Notes under the pieces: generated by a model
Database searches by the model: none
What the model saw: only the letters and a program-made list of their open reading frames with translations
What the model was told of the DNA's origin: nothing
Part shown: in pieces, positions 48,349 through 61,988 of the stretch
Position numbering within the stretch: position 1 is the first letter of the stretch
Layout: each line of letters begins with the position of its first letter
Translations under genes and position numbers: made by a program
NCBI GenBank assembly: GCA_001179505.1
Contig: CDMY01000511.1
Span: 22,861 to 86,860 of the forward strand
From: Vitrella brassicaformis CCMP3155
Lineage: Eukaryota > Protista > Chromerida
Direction of reading: 5' to 3'
Length of the DNA stretch: 64,000 nucleotides

Positions 48349-51300
48349 CTATCGTCCGCCGGGAGGCCGTGGCCCGGCCTCCATCTTGACCTCATCCGAC
48401 GGCACCAGATGCAGCAGGTCATCTACACAACCAACCAACCACAGGAAACGAGAATGGATCTCGCTGGCTGGCGAGGTGAGGATGAATGGCGCGTGTGTCC
48501 GTCCTTTCTGCTGTACTGATTACTCTGTCTCGACAGCACGATAGACAGTTCAGGCAGGCAGCGTCAATCAGGCAGGGGGCTGCGTGAGGGGCGCGGTGGT
48601 ACCTTCGGTCGATGACAACCCAGACGACGACACACCAGACGCACCCTACACCACATACACACCAGACGAACGAACACCATGCACAGACATTCTGAAATAT
48701 AAGCTTTGCATCCCTGCCTCCCTCACCGTTGGGAAGTTCATGCCTCCAGGTGGCGTGTCGTCATCCTTGGCCGCGACCCCCTGCGCCTGCCCCAAGAGGT
48801 TCATCGGCCCCGTGGACCCGCTCCCACTCGCAGGTGACAGATTGAGCAGGTTGCCGCTGCCCCCACCGCCAGGCGGGCTGTTGGACCGGCCACTGATGTC
48901 CCCCATCCCCAGGCCGTTCATGCCGGGGTCCGACCCGCCCCCGCTGCTCGACGACATGCCCCCAATGGTCCGCAGGTTCATGTCCTGCACTCCCGGGGGG
49001 CTCATCATCTGCTGCTGGTGCTGCTGCTGCTGCTGGGTGCCACCGCCCACCGTCATGGACATGGAGGCGAACAGGTCCTCCAGCTGCTGGCCTCCGGCTC
49101 CTTTCTGCTGCGGGGAGGCGGCGGACGACGGCGCGCACGACATGTATGGCGTCATGGGGGCGGACATGCCCTGGGGGCCGAGGGTCTGGGGCGACCCGCT
49201 GCCAGTGGGGGAGGGCTGGTGGCTGTGGGGCTGCCACGGCACGGCGCCGCCACTCATCGAGGGGTTCTGTAGACTCATCGCCCGCTGCTGCTGATGCTGC
49301 TGCTGCTGGCCGCCAGCAGGAAACGACAATCCGCCCTGACAGAGAGAGATAGACGAGACGTACAATGAATGCATTCATCGATCGGTTTGTGTGCATTGCA
49401 TTGTGGGTGTTGGTACTGTGGCCTGCACTGCACTGCACACCATGTTGGGCACACCCCCGGCGTTTGGCTGTATGTGTGCGTATCCCGGTGCGTTGGGGGG
49501 CTGCATGACGTTGATGTTCATGTTGGGGAAACCCATGCTCATGTTCATGTGCATCGCTGGCATGCTCCCTGCACACACATCATCACACATACACACATAC
49601 ACTCAGCGTGCATGTCAGTGAGTGAGCCTGTGGGCGTCTGAGGATCCCATCCCCCTAAGGACAGACCTGGTGTCTGCATGCCTGCACCCATTCCGCCGCC
49701 CGGGTGCTGCATGGTGAACTGGCTGCTCGGCGGGGCGGGGAGCGCCGGCACCGGCGCCACACCCGACACACCACTACCAAAATTCTTAGACACTGGACAC
49801 AGACAGACAGACATAGAGAGGGAGGGGAGAACAATCCATCCATCCGTCCAGGTGCGTGTCATTCATCAGTGCCTCCCTCAGTCTCACGTACGTGTGCATT
49901 GGTTGGGGTCGAATGACCCCATGGCGTCCGGGAGGGGCGTCACGTCGAATGGCTCCTTGAAGTCCACCGGGGCCGGCGGCTGCTCGTCCAGACCTAACAG
50001 GTCACCAGACGGACCGAGGGGCTTCTTGCCACCAACTGATTTCATTGATTTGATGAAAAAGGGAACGAACAGAGGTTGCTGTGGCCTGTGTGTCTTGGTG
50101 TGTCTTGATGCATCTATGTGTGTGTGTGTACCTTCTTCGGTATCGAAATCGATGAGTGAGGTCTCTTGCGCAGCCTTGGCTCCGTGTCTGCGACTGCGGC
50201 CGCTATGAGAGCCCGTGCTGCTCTCATCGTCATGCTGACGCCACACACCACACACCACACACCACACACAAAGAGGGACCAAATGCAAACATTCCTGCGC
50301 CCATGTCTGATAGGTGCCCCATCTGTTCCTTCCCCCGGCTACTTACGTCTCTGTCGCTTCTGTTCCTCTCGCTCATGTCGCCCTCCCTCTCCCGATCTCT
50401 GTCCCGATCGCGGTCCCTGTCCCTTCTGCGTGACGCCCTCCGCCTCTCCCGCCGCTCAATCTCACCCTCGGCCTCCTCACGCTCACGCGCACGCCTCTCG
50501 CGCTCCTCGCGCTCCTTGCGACGACGCTCCTTCATCTTCTGAACCTGCGGGCGGACACGTTGCGACCAGGGGCGATGCCATCGATGGATGTGTTTGTTGT
50601 GTGAGGACTCGTGGATGCCGACCCGTTTTAGGGTTGACGGCAGTCTGACGGCGTCGGCGGGTATCTTTTTCTTCTCCTCGTGCTGGCCGTCGAGCAGCCA
50701 GTCGAGAGCCGCCTGCGTGTCGTTGTTGTGCATCCGTAACGCCTTGCGAGCCGGACCCTCGTCGAATCCCTGCAAACGACGTGCACTGTGAACGTGGTTC
50801 TGGGGTGTGGTGTGGCGTGGTGTGGTGTGTGTTGGGTGGGGTGGGGTGGATTACTTGCGCGAGGAGGGCTGAGAGCGAGAGGGCATCCACTGGCACCGAC
50901 GAGTCAGCCACATCAGCAAACGCACCATCCTGCAGAGGAATGGGACACATACACCCACACGCATGGCCGGCTATTCATCTATCGCACACGTGTGCCGTCT
51001 GTCCTCCTGTCCGTCTGTCTGTCTGTGGTGACCTTTTCCCATTTCTCGAGTATCTTCATTGTTGCATCTCCGTCGTCCTCGCCGCCCTCCTGAAGCTCCA
51101 ACTCAACCTATCAACCAGCCACACCATACACCGACCGACAAACGAAACATGTTGTCTTGCCTTGTGTGCCGCGTTCCTTTCCCACCCATCCCACCCACCT
51201 GTGGCTCGAGCTGCTGTGGTGTCATCTCGATCATCGGACGGAACTCCATGCGGGCTGAACCCAAGCAGACAGAGGTGACACGAATGAGCCATTCTCATAC

Positions 51301-52008
51301 AGTGTGTGGTTGCTTCATTGCTTGCCTGGCAGCACGTGGTTGACGGCATGGGCAGAGGCGGCGAAGAACTCATACTGAAGATACTGCACTCGACGCACAC
51401 ACACATGACATCACACGCACCAAGACATTCACGTGGTTGGGTGCACTGCACCAGACGTGACGTACCTTGAGTGTCTGAAGTGTGGAGTCGTAGATATCGC
51501 CCTTGTACTCGTCCAAGATGTGCAGCCACTCAAACACCTGCACGCACCCAACACGCACACAGTCTTGTCCAGCTGAAGGCGCACGAAAGCAGCTGCCATC
51601 CCCATACCTGTCTGTCAATCTCTGTGAATGCGAGGCGTGCCGACTCGAGGTTTGACTCGGCCTGCAGGTACCGCTTGTCCTGCCGACGCAAATTCTTGTT
51701 GGACGACACCTGCTGGAAACTCTTCCTGAACACACAAGAGGGAGAGAAGGAAACGGCCATGGGAGTCACAACCTGTGTGTGGGGGGCGTGCTGTTGTATG
51801 TGGTTACTTTGCGGCCTGCAGCTCGAGCAGCTTCCGCTTGCGATTCTCAAGCTGAATCTGCACACACACACAGAGGCACGTCAACAAGTGCCATGTGATG
51901 TGATGGTGCTCCCCTCCCTCGCTCCTCGACTGACTGACCTTGAGGTTTTTGTTGTTGGCCAGGTGTTGCTTCAGCGGCCCCGTCACGTTAAAATCCAAAT
52001 CGCGACGC

Positions 52009-52041
<33 letters not shown>

Positions 52042-52738
52042 CACAGAGCAGGCAGCAGGGAAGGAGAGAGAGAGCGAGATACAGCAATGCCGTGCGCTCG
52101 TCGGCCATGCCCACCAGTTTGGCCACAGCCGAGTGCGGCGCATCCGCACGAGTGATGGCATTCGTCGCCTGCACCCAGCCAGACACACAGGCCACACAGA
52201 GGCAGAAGCACCGATGAACCACTCCAAGTGCCCCCAGTTGCTTGCTCCTTAATGACCTCTCTGAATTTGCAGCTGTCCGCCGATATGAGTTCGTCGGTGC
52301 CCTTGGTGAATCCGGTGACGAGTGCGTCCGAGAGGTGCATGAGCCCGCCGCAGACGGCCTCGATGCCCAGCATGAACTTGTCCACGCCATTAAACACCTC
52401 CTGCAAAGTGTGGTCGTACTTGAGAAACTCACGCACGATCCCTAGTCGGTCGCAGGCAAACGAAACAAGCCGAGGAGCACCAACGGCATACACACGCACA
52501 ATGAACGAAAGTGTCCTGTTTCTGTTGCTCGTGTGGGTGCGTCTTGCCGACCTTCGAACACCGGGTCCTCCAGCACGCCGTGGGTCAGCTGCACACACAC
52601 ACACAGAGGCCCCAGGCGCCAAATAAGGCCCTGATTCTCTGTGCGTGCGTATGTGGTCACCTTTTCAAGCCAGACGTTGATTTCAGTGGAGACTGAGTTC
52701 CACGTGTCCTCCATGGCCGCCTGTGCCGCTGTTGTCAT
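48349..52738 (-). CDS. BAR-domain plus UBA-domain protein with a disordered clathrin-box-containing tail
   Basis: Long amphipathic-helical N-terminal region (NRKRKLLEL...YLQAESNLESARLAF...). UBA-like GFDEGPARKALRMHNNDTQAALDWLL, an RE/RD-rich stretch, LIDFD and LLGLD motifs, and a Q/M/G-rich tail. Confidence 0.75.
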
Positions 52739-53149
52739 CGGGCGCACCAAGGACCAAACCGCTCTCCAGACAAGGGAAGAGGGCTACACAGAGGCCACCC
52801 CCGTTGCGCCCACAAGGCTCAAACGCAAGAACCTCTGCTCTCTAAGCTCGCAATCTGGCCTCGCCTTCTTTCTCAGGCCATTCCTCCTTGAGATCTTGTT
52901 GCTGCTGAGCAGTGCGCGAGGTTTTGTAGTCTATCGAGCGTTTTGATCTTCAGAAGTTTTGGTTCTGTGCCGTCCGAGTCCTGAGGCTTGCAGAGCTTCT
53001 CGAGGGCTTCGCTTGATGAATGCCTTGCAAGGGTGTTACAGACCAGATCTGGTAGGCACGACACCAACACAGGAAAGCGAATGAAGACCTTGTCTGGTCT
53101 GTGTGCCATTGGTTTGCAGGTTGAAACGAACCAAACGACCGCCGTGTGA

Positions 53150-54974
53150 ATGCAGCACATGAGGCTGAAGCCGCTGTTCTTCCCCCGCAACGTTCCCTCT
53201 CCCTTGACGCGCCCCCCTATCATCAGCAGCAGCAGCCCCGCACCCCTGCTGCCCAGATCTTGCTCGTTCCGGTGTCTGCAGTATGGACGCAGGAGGACTC
53301 CCCTCACCCTCTCACGAGGCCTCACCCGCGGCCACCCCCTGTTTCAGCCGCCTCTCTCCCCTCGTGTAGCGCCCCTGAGTCACCCGTGTGCATTGCAAGC
53401 GCGTCATCTGACTCACCGAGCGATCCCCTCGCCGTTCCTGTGGGGCGTGTGGGGTTCGACTGCCTTCTTGGTGGTGGTGGTGGGCGCTCTGGCGGTTGCG
53501 GGCTTCGTGATGGTGGAAGTGCGGTTTACCGGCTTCGCGACGCTCCACTGGCTGGAGGAGATCTTCCGTGACCGTGTGGGTGACCCCTTGTTCTACTGGC
53601 TGGACCGGCAGAGCCGCCTGCCGATGATCGACGACAAGGTCTTTGAGGAGACCGACAACCTCATGGTCTTCTTCTTCGACGATCAGGAGCACCGCATCAA
53701 GATGAGGGCCATCACCAACATGCTCCTCAAGACTCTCCAACGGCACGACGAGCTCAAGGATGTCAAACCCTTCTACGCCTACCGCACCAAGAAGCCCAAA
53801 AAGGAGACCAACAGCACAACCGCTGACAGCCCAGCCAGCGACAGCACGCCCTCAGCAGCAGCAGCGGCTGCAGCGAGCGATGCCATCCCTTTGGGTGCAT
53901 CCGTCGACGACGAACTCCCCCCGATGAACGTCATGATGTACAAGGGGCAGCGGCGCGCCTCGCTGAAGGTGCCCTTCCCGCCCTCTGGCTTGACCGAGCT
54001 GCCGGTGCCACTGGAAGAGCTCCTGACGTTCTTCAAGCCCCGCTCGCAGGCGGCCGATGAGGTGGCGCACACGGCGGAGTGCCCCGTGCGGACCATCACG
54101 CACGACACCTTCGAGGTGGCGGTGGTGGCGCAGGCCACGCCGACCAACCCGGTGCTGGTGCAGCTTTATGAGGACACGTGTTTCCTGTGCTTCTTGATGC
54201 GGCCGTTCGTCAACAGCGTGGCCAAGATCCTCGCCGACAACAATGTGCCGCTGACGATTGTGCGGCTCAACATCGAGAGGAACGACTTCCCCAAAGACTG
54301 CCCGGTCGCCAGGGGCACACCCACATTCGTACTCTTCAAAGGTACGTAAGGGAGGGAGGGAATGGGCGAGATCGATGGGACACACAGGGAGAGAGACACA
54401 CATGGTTGGTGCCTTGTGGTTGTCGCGTACAGAGTGGAAGAAGCCGGAGCGTTGGGCAGAGTTCAAGCCCAAGGACTTCATCAGTCGGCTGGAGGCGGCC
54501 ATCGGCCCCGACGCCCTCACCGACACCATGCGCCTCCAGTTCACCCACCTCCTCGACATGCTACCCGTGCGGCTGACACTCTTCAGCAACCTCGCCTTCC
54601 AGCTCGTCGACCTCAACGGCCTGCAGGCAGTCTCTATGGGCCCACAAGGAGAGGGCGGCGTCGGGGAGAGCAGTGTCAAGAACATGCCCCCGATCGCCGC
54701 ACTCCAGCACACCCCTCCATCAGCAGCAGCGGCACCCCCGGCTGGTCGATCTGACACGGGGGAAGGGTCCAAGGCCAACGGCGGCAGCAGTGAGGAGTTC
54801 CAGCGGGTGGTGACCGAGCTGATGGAGGCCGACATGAACCGTGTCGACTGCCTGGCCGAGAATGTCGAGTTGCTCAAGAGGGAGGCCGACCAGGCCGAGA
54901 GCGACGTCCTCTACTACGCCATTCTGATGGCCGAGAAACTCGTTGAGTGGGAGAGAAAGGCGAGAAGTGAGTGA
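53150..54974 (+). CDS. Membrane-anchored thioredoxin-domain protein (CFLC), organelle-targeting-like N-terminus, 2 exons
   Basis: R/P/S-rich leader, TM segment (AFLVVVVGALAVAGFVMV), PVLVQLYEDTCFLCFLMRPF...GTPTFVLFK, then a coiled-coil C-terminus. Confidence 0.82.
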
Positions 54975-55599
54975 TGCATAACTAGATGGCGGACAGTGTG
55001 GCAGGCAGCTTCCTTTTGTCTGCACGCCATAGCTATATGGGATGGGATGGGATGGGACGTGCCATGTTCGAGACTGAGACTGCGAGACAGTGATTGTGGC
55101 AGCAAATGCTCGTCAATGGAAACGTGTGTCTTGGGGTGCGTCGAAGGTCTGGTTGGCTGTGCACCAAGCAGAGAGGGCGGCAGATAGACACGGCATGGTA
55201 ACGAGAGTCGGACACACACATCAGAGACAGCAGTAGCAGTCCACCACCCATCATGATGGCTGTTTGCGGGTGGGCTGTGAGCATCACATAGGTGTGTGTA
55301 GTTTGCATGTGATGGTGTGATTGTCATTGCTGCAGTGAGTTCTTCCCGGCCGTCACGGGGTGGCCGGTGGCACAAACAGATGATCAAGGCAGTCTCAGTC
55401 AGTCAGAGAGTCAACACACACACCACACTCTCTTATGCGTTGGGAAGAGGTAAAGGAACTCTGAATATAATAATGTAAGCAGCGATGAGAAGGCCAACCC
55501 TCTCCTTGTTGTTGTTGCCGCACACACATGGGCAGGTACTGTACGGCCGGGCTGCTGTTACCTCCTCATCTCGCCATGAGCTACAGTGCTTCGCCCCTG

Positions 55600-58500
55600 C
55601 ACGACACCATATCAGCGACACACCACACCGTCATCCACACAGAAACCGATAAACAATGACAGTCATATCGCCCCACCTGCTCGCGGACGCGTCAGTCAGC
55701 CGCACATAGAAGTGCTCGTGGTCCAACCGCCCTTCTGAGCCCTCAGCCGCATGGGCCCCTCCTTGATCTTGATGGGCCTCGACTCCACCAGCCGCGTCAG
55801 CATTTCTAGAGCGGCCTCGGCGGATGCCGTGGCCCTCTGCAGCGGGTCGGCTGCGGTGAGGAGGCGGTGGAACACGATTGTCTTGGCTGCCTCGATTGGG
55901 TCGCCTCGTCCGATGATGAGGCCCTCTGGGTCGTCCTCGGGCAAGTCCCACACGTCGAAGTAGTACCTCAAGCCCTCGACAAAGTCCTCCACTGTCTGTG
56001 GGCCGTCGTCTTGGTCGGACTCCGGGTCGTCCACGTCGAGACACATGAGAGCGATGGAGAACCAGCCCGCCTCCCCGCTGTTGACGCGTTCGACGCAGTC
56101 AGCCAGCGGCTCGGGGATGGCGACCGATGCCTCCCGCCTCCTTCGGCCCCTGACCCCTCCTCCGCGGCGCCGCGTCGCCTGGCCTCGGCACGCTGGGCCG
56201 CAAGGTGGACGAGGTACAGCTTGTGGCTGTTGATGGACAAGTGCCATCGCAGAGCGCCATCCTGGCAGCCCACAACCGGCTTCTGCGACAGAAACGAGAC
56301 CGCAGCGATCGCCCCCGTCCAGAGATCCGATCGGCAATCAAAGGAGCTGAACTTCAGATCGTTCTGCAGGAAGTCCAGGAAGGCCTCGTCGGATTCAGTG
56401 ATGTTCTCTAAGAACTTTTTGGCGTGCGGATCGCTGACGCCAGCAGTGAGCCGGTGGTTGTTCCGGTCTTGCTTGAGCCGCCAGATGAACCGCATGTCTG
56501 GCGCCACCGATGTCTCCTTCCCTTGAGGGTCGAAGCTGCCCTCTGTCTGGCCCGCGGAATCGATGTGGCCCACTTGCAGGGTGAAGGTCCGCAGGGAAGA
56601 GGGAGAGCTCTGTGGGGGGGACGATCCGGAGGACCGGAGGGCAGGGGCGGGCGATGACAGATGAGGGGGCGGCTCGGGGCTGATAGATGCGACTGCAAAC
56701 ACGCTAAGGAGGATGCTGACACAGACAGACAAGAGACAGACAGGCAGCCATCCAGCCATACATACACACACAGGTGTCTTCTTTCTTCTCCATCCTTCCA
56801 ATGGCTGCTCTTGTCTGTCTGACTTACTTGGTGCTGTTTTGGTCGGAACTATAGTACCTCCGAAAGGCCGGCCGTCCCACTCTCTGCTCTTGACCCAGAT
56901 CCACTATGGCCCCCCGCACATCCCTCGGCCTGACCGCCTCCTCCGCAGGCACCTCCGTCTTGTGCACCTCGAGCACCTTCCGGAGCATGTCGCACACGCC
57001 TTGTATCATGGCAGACTGCTGCTCGTCCGTGTTGGCCCCTAGGCTGTTCAGCAGCTTGCGGATCCTGTGGGTGCTGCTGCCGTCGAGAGGTGGCGCGGGA
57101 GAGAGTCCGCACTGGTAGAGACGCATCCGTTCAGCTGCTTCCGGATTGGGGTCGATGGACTCCATGTAGTGCTGCACAGACGAGGGGCCGTCATTGGGCT
57201 TGAGCACGACGCTTCCCATCGCAGCGCTGCTCACGCCAGCATCGAGGCCGCCAGGGGTCAGTGGCATGTCAGGGGGGAAGGGGGCGACATGAGGGAAGCC
57301 GCCGTTATTCGACGGAAGCTGAGATGCCGACGGGAGCTCCCTTCAACTGAGGTCATCGAAGGGGCTGGGCACAGCAAAGGGCGGCTGCTGGTCTTGGCTG
57401 TTCCGCCAGATGACGAAACAGCTCCGCAGCTGATTAATGGATACAGATGCCAGATGTCAACAGCACACACCGAGGGACTCATTCAAGCCTGTGCTTTTGT
57501 GTACCTAATTGGCGTATACGTCGTCGAGGACCTTGGAGAGCTTGTATGCCTTGCCATCCTGACGAACAATGAATGGACTTGGTCGTGCGTGGCTCTCCAT
57601 CCATCCATCCATCCATCCATCCTTGCCCCACCACCCACCAGTATTCTCTGCAGTCGTTTGTGAGCCGCCTGCAGGTCTTGACCCTGCTCCGTGATCCGCT
57701 CCTTCACACACAACACAAACACATGGAGGAGAGGCCTGCAACTTGACGCTGGATGGGTGGGGTTTGATGTACACCTGCAGGTCTTGTATGGTGTCATTGG
57801 CCACCGTGAGCTGGTGCTTGATCTCCACCAACTTAGTCGCTGCACGACAACGCTCCTGACAGACAGATGGGGAGAGGGGAAGGACAGAGAGAAGATTCCA
57901 TCATTCCATCATTCTCTCTTGTTTCTCCTCACAGTGTTGAGTGTCTCGGCCACGTTTTCCTCTATGTTCTGCTGCCGCTGGCCAACACCGTCACCACCAC
58001 TATCCTGTCTGCCGTCGGCGGCAACGAGGGAGGCGAAGGGCCCACCACTGATGATGCGGCGCCTCACAAGATCACCGTTCTCAGCACTAAGACCGCCACC
58101 CGACCCCTGCACAAGGATACATCACACATGACAGAGTATACATACAGCACCAACACTGTTGGCGGCCTTTCTCCTCCCCCCCTCCCTACCTCTGCACCCG
58201 ACCCCGTCTGTGTGCTAAACGCCCTTCCAGAGGGACTTGCCACCCGACCCACGGGCATCGCCACGCGCATGTCCATGTCCATGCCGACCCCCATGCCCAT
58301 GCCGATGGCGTGTGGCGTGTCACTGATGTGTCCGCGTGTGTGGCTGTAGCCCGATGCCAATGGTGGGAGGATGGGTGGGGACGGGTTGAGCGAGTGCAGC
58401 GGGTGGGTCGTCGACAGACGACGAATCGTCACCTGACCGACGGGATGGCATGAGAAAGGATCGGGGGGAGGAAGGGAGGTAGTGGTGGTTACGTACGTTG

Positions 58501-59149
58501 ACTTTGGCAGCGGTGATGTCGAGCCGCTCTATCTCTTTGCCGTTGGACTCGAAGAGACGGAGAGCCTGAAAGAAAACCGCAAGAGTGAAATCCATACGTG
58601 CATTCCCGCCCTTCCCGCCCCCTCTCTGCTGGTCGCCTCGCCGCCCTTACGTACCTCCTTTACGTCGACGCGAGCGATAGGATCCGGCCCTGCCGTCGGA
58701 TCCTCTACTGCGCCAGCTGGACGGTCCACCGCATACCTGCCATATTGCAGCCGCCATGCAGATTTCCATCCATCCATCCATCCATCCATCCCCTACCCCC
58801 ATCCATCCCGTCCATCTCACCTGTATGTGCGGGTGTCGTCGTTGCCGAAGTCGTTGAGCAGCAGGCACGGGTAGAAGACCTGCCGCTTGAGAGTCCGCTC
58901 CCCGTTGTCGAAGTGCCACGCGCTCGGGGCGGTGTACAGGCACAGTGAGAGGACGGTGTCGTCATCGACCTCGAACCGCTGGTTGGCCCATGGGAACTCC
59001 TTGATGGGCACCGTCACGGCCTTGTTGTCGCACAGCGTCCCGAAGTACTTGAGCGGCGGGGAGGAGGATGAAGCGGACGATGACTCGGAGTCGCCCGTCA
59101 GCGGAGTCAGCCCGGTTGGCCTCATCACCGTCACCGAGATGCTCAACAT
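55600..59149 (-). CDS. Multi-exon hypothetical protein (possible C2-like N-terminus, coiled coil); its 3' exon is the source or a paralog of the cassette fragments and is frameshifted
   Basis: Exons MLSISVTVMRPTGL..., ALRLFESNGKEIERLD, VEIKHQLTVANDTIQDLQ, MPLTPGGLD...GAIVDLGQEQ, then an intron and SILLSVFAVAS...DLWTGAIAAV. Frame changes near 56150 and 55735. Confidence 0.55.
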
Positions 59150-59939
59150 CGTGGATGGATCCCTGACCTCATGAGCTGGGAGGCGGCGAGAGCTAGATCG
59201 ATTCTGCATGCCGGTGTCCATCAGCATTGAAAAACAGCACACGGGCCTTCGATGCAATAGACCTGCATGCTTAAGTGAGGCAGCAACACACAGGCAAACA
59301 GCATCAGCCTTTGCAATGACTACATATTTCTCTCTGATGCATCATGCGTCATGTCATGCGCGGTGCACACTTACTTACCGAGCCGATGCGCACCTCCAGA
59401 TCCCTCACAGCCGGCTCAACGGCACCTCCAGATCCCTCACAGCCGAGCCGCACGCACCCGGCCACTGTCGCATCCATCCATCCACCCGCTCATCCATCCG
59501 TGCTTGGCACTTGTGTCAGTGATGGGGATGGACGAAAGTCAGGACGAGTGGTTCTCGAGAGGCGATGGTAATGGTTGGACGGGCTGCAATCGATCGGATG
59601 GAATAGTCAGAGGAAAAGAGGGAGAGGGAGTGAGATGCGACGCACGGGCCTCACAATAAACACGATAAAAAAGTGCACGACGGCCAGCTTCAACTGGCCA
59701 ATGATCGCTCTGGCTTCAAGCTCGCGTCTTTCCTCGGTTGTTTTGGGTGTTGGTAGCTGATCTTGACTACAACAGAGGCGCCTGGGTCTGTAGCTGTGGA
59801 TCAGCATCAGCACTCAGCCTCTCTCTACGTTCACCTCACTCGCTGGCCACGTCCGGGTGCTGTTGATCTGACGCACTGAGGTGAGAGAGGGCGGGAGGGA
59901 TTCAGAATGGCAGTGTGCGTGATGTCTGTGTGGTTGTGG

Positions 59940-60885
59940 CAGATCGGTGACTTGTCAAGACCGAGGAGCCAGGCCAGTCCAGGTGCGGCAAGGAAAGAGG
60001 GCAGCTTGACCGCCATATATAGCTGTCTGGAGGTACGCAAACTGGAACTGTAAAACTGGCAATCGCGGCGTGGTGTGAGATGACAGGACGTGGAGAGATG
60101 CCGTTCCTTCCCCGGGCGGTTAATGTTCGTCCGGAACACTATCGCTGGTTCAGATACGAACACAGCGATGTCGTCCTCTGTACCGATATAGCGGACTGGG
60201 TGCAATACCGTCCCTTCAACACTGTTGGTGACGTCAAGAGCTTCATGTCCCTCATCCCATCTGATGTGGAGCTCGTTGGGTATGAGAGTGCTAGTGACGA
60301 GTGGCCCATCGAGGCCGTCTTGGGCGACAAGTAAGGAAAGACCGTTGGAATCGCGCGGACATAAGGACAGGCTGTGTGTGTGTGTGTGTCGGGCCTTGTG
60401 TGTGTCTTCAGGGGCAAGACGGAGGATGATCCGCTCGTCGTGAGAAAACTCGTGTGGCGAACGGTGGAAGAGCAAATCAGACTCGAGTCTCACAGTACGG
60501 TACCTACACTCCTCCAAGCTGCTGACATGTACATTGACACACGCCTGTGCACGTGTGTGTGTGTGACCATCAGCGGCCCCCACGCCCAGGGAGCCCGCTC
60601 CCGCTGACACAGAAATTGGTAGCGGTGCTCAACAGATGCGAGTACTACGGCGAGAGGGCAGACACCGGGACCCTCCCTCCTCAAGTCCCTCAAGTGCCAG
60701 TGGCTGAGGCTCAGAGAGGCACAAAGAGCTGCGTTATTGCGTGGGCGTGGAGTTCTGTATGGGTGCTTTTCTCAAGGGACTTTGTTTGTGGGGCAAAGCT
60801 GGTTGAGGGACGTGCATGGCATGACTATGCGTGTGATCGTGTCCGTCTGGTCGTAGAACACGGTGGGGTGGCATGGTGGGACTAG
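59940..60885 (+). CDS. Hypothetical protein (spliced)
   Basis: Coding-like exons MTGRGEMPFLPRAV...WPIEAVLGDK| and GKTEDDPLVVRKLVW..., flanked by GT-AG. The ends are uncertain. Confidence 0.4.
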
Positions 60886-61688
60886 ACGACTAACGGTGGA
60901 CTAATGGTGCATTCGATTTGTGTCTCGTTTACACACACACACACACACACACCCCACACACACAACCCTGAACACACACATTCACACACACCCCACGCAA
61001 CACGCAGACAAGCCTCTCTGGGTCCTCGTCTCTCTCTTTTCCTGAATGTGCGCTGGGCCTAACATGACATACGCTGCACACAAGCCATCCTCTTCGCGTA
61101 GAAGAGCGAAGAGGATACATGGAATCTGTGTGCGACAGAGCAGAGCATGAGCATGGGGCGCAGGCAGCCCTGCCTCGGCTCAAGCGCAGTATAAATGTGT
61201 AGGCATCCGATTCGCTCTTTCAAGAGACAGATTCAGTCCCTCTCGTGACGTTTGTGCACGAGACACAGCAGTTTTTTGAATGACCCATACCCGCGGGCGT
61301 CACGACCATTCAAATGGCCCATGATCATTGTTACAAAAGTGTCATGGTGCGGATGTCCTCTCTCTGGCAACGGTCAAACCCACACGCGAAGCATGCCAGC
61401 CACCCATACGCGCAGCCAAACACACCAGACGACCAACTGATCTCAGCCAACCGAGAGAGAGAGAGAGGTAGCCAGCCACACATACACTTTCGTGCCGTCC
61501 GCTCTGAGAGAGAGTCCCGTGTTCCCCTGACTGATGTGCGGGTCAAATGCATGTGCTGTCTGCCTCAGTATGTGATCGGCGAGGGGAGGGACCTTGTGGC
61601 GGATACGTAGGCACACACTGGGAGGCTAGAGAGACAACACAGACGGACAGACAGGCAGATCTCAGGCAGATATGCGTGCATGTAATCC

Positions 61689-61988
61689 NNNNNNNNNNNN
61701 NNNNNNNNNNNNNNNNNNNNNNNNNNNNNNNNNNNNNNNNNNNNNNNNNNNNNNNNNNNNNNNNNNNNNNNNNNNNNNNNNNNNNNNNNNNNNNNNNNNN
61801 NNNNNNNNNNNNNNNNNNNNNNNNNNNNNNNNNNNNNNNNNNNNNNNNNNNNNNNNNNNNNNNNNNNNNNNNNNNNNNNNNNNNNNNNNNNNNNNNNNNN
61901 NNNNNNNNNNNNNNNNNNNNNNNNNNNNNNNNNNNNNNNNNNNNNNNNNNNNNNNNNNNNNNNNNNNNNNNNNNNNNNNNNNNNNNNN
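61689..61988. other. Assembly gap (300 N)
   Basis: Run of N. Confidence 1.

Noticed and set aside
59390-59450. 33-bp direct repeat (also 21-bp in-frame duplications at about 12011 and 36829)
   Set aside because: Two-copy slippage duplications with no further structure.
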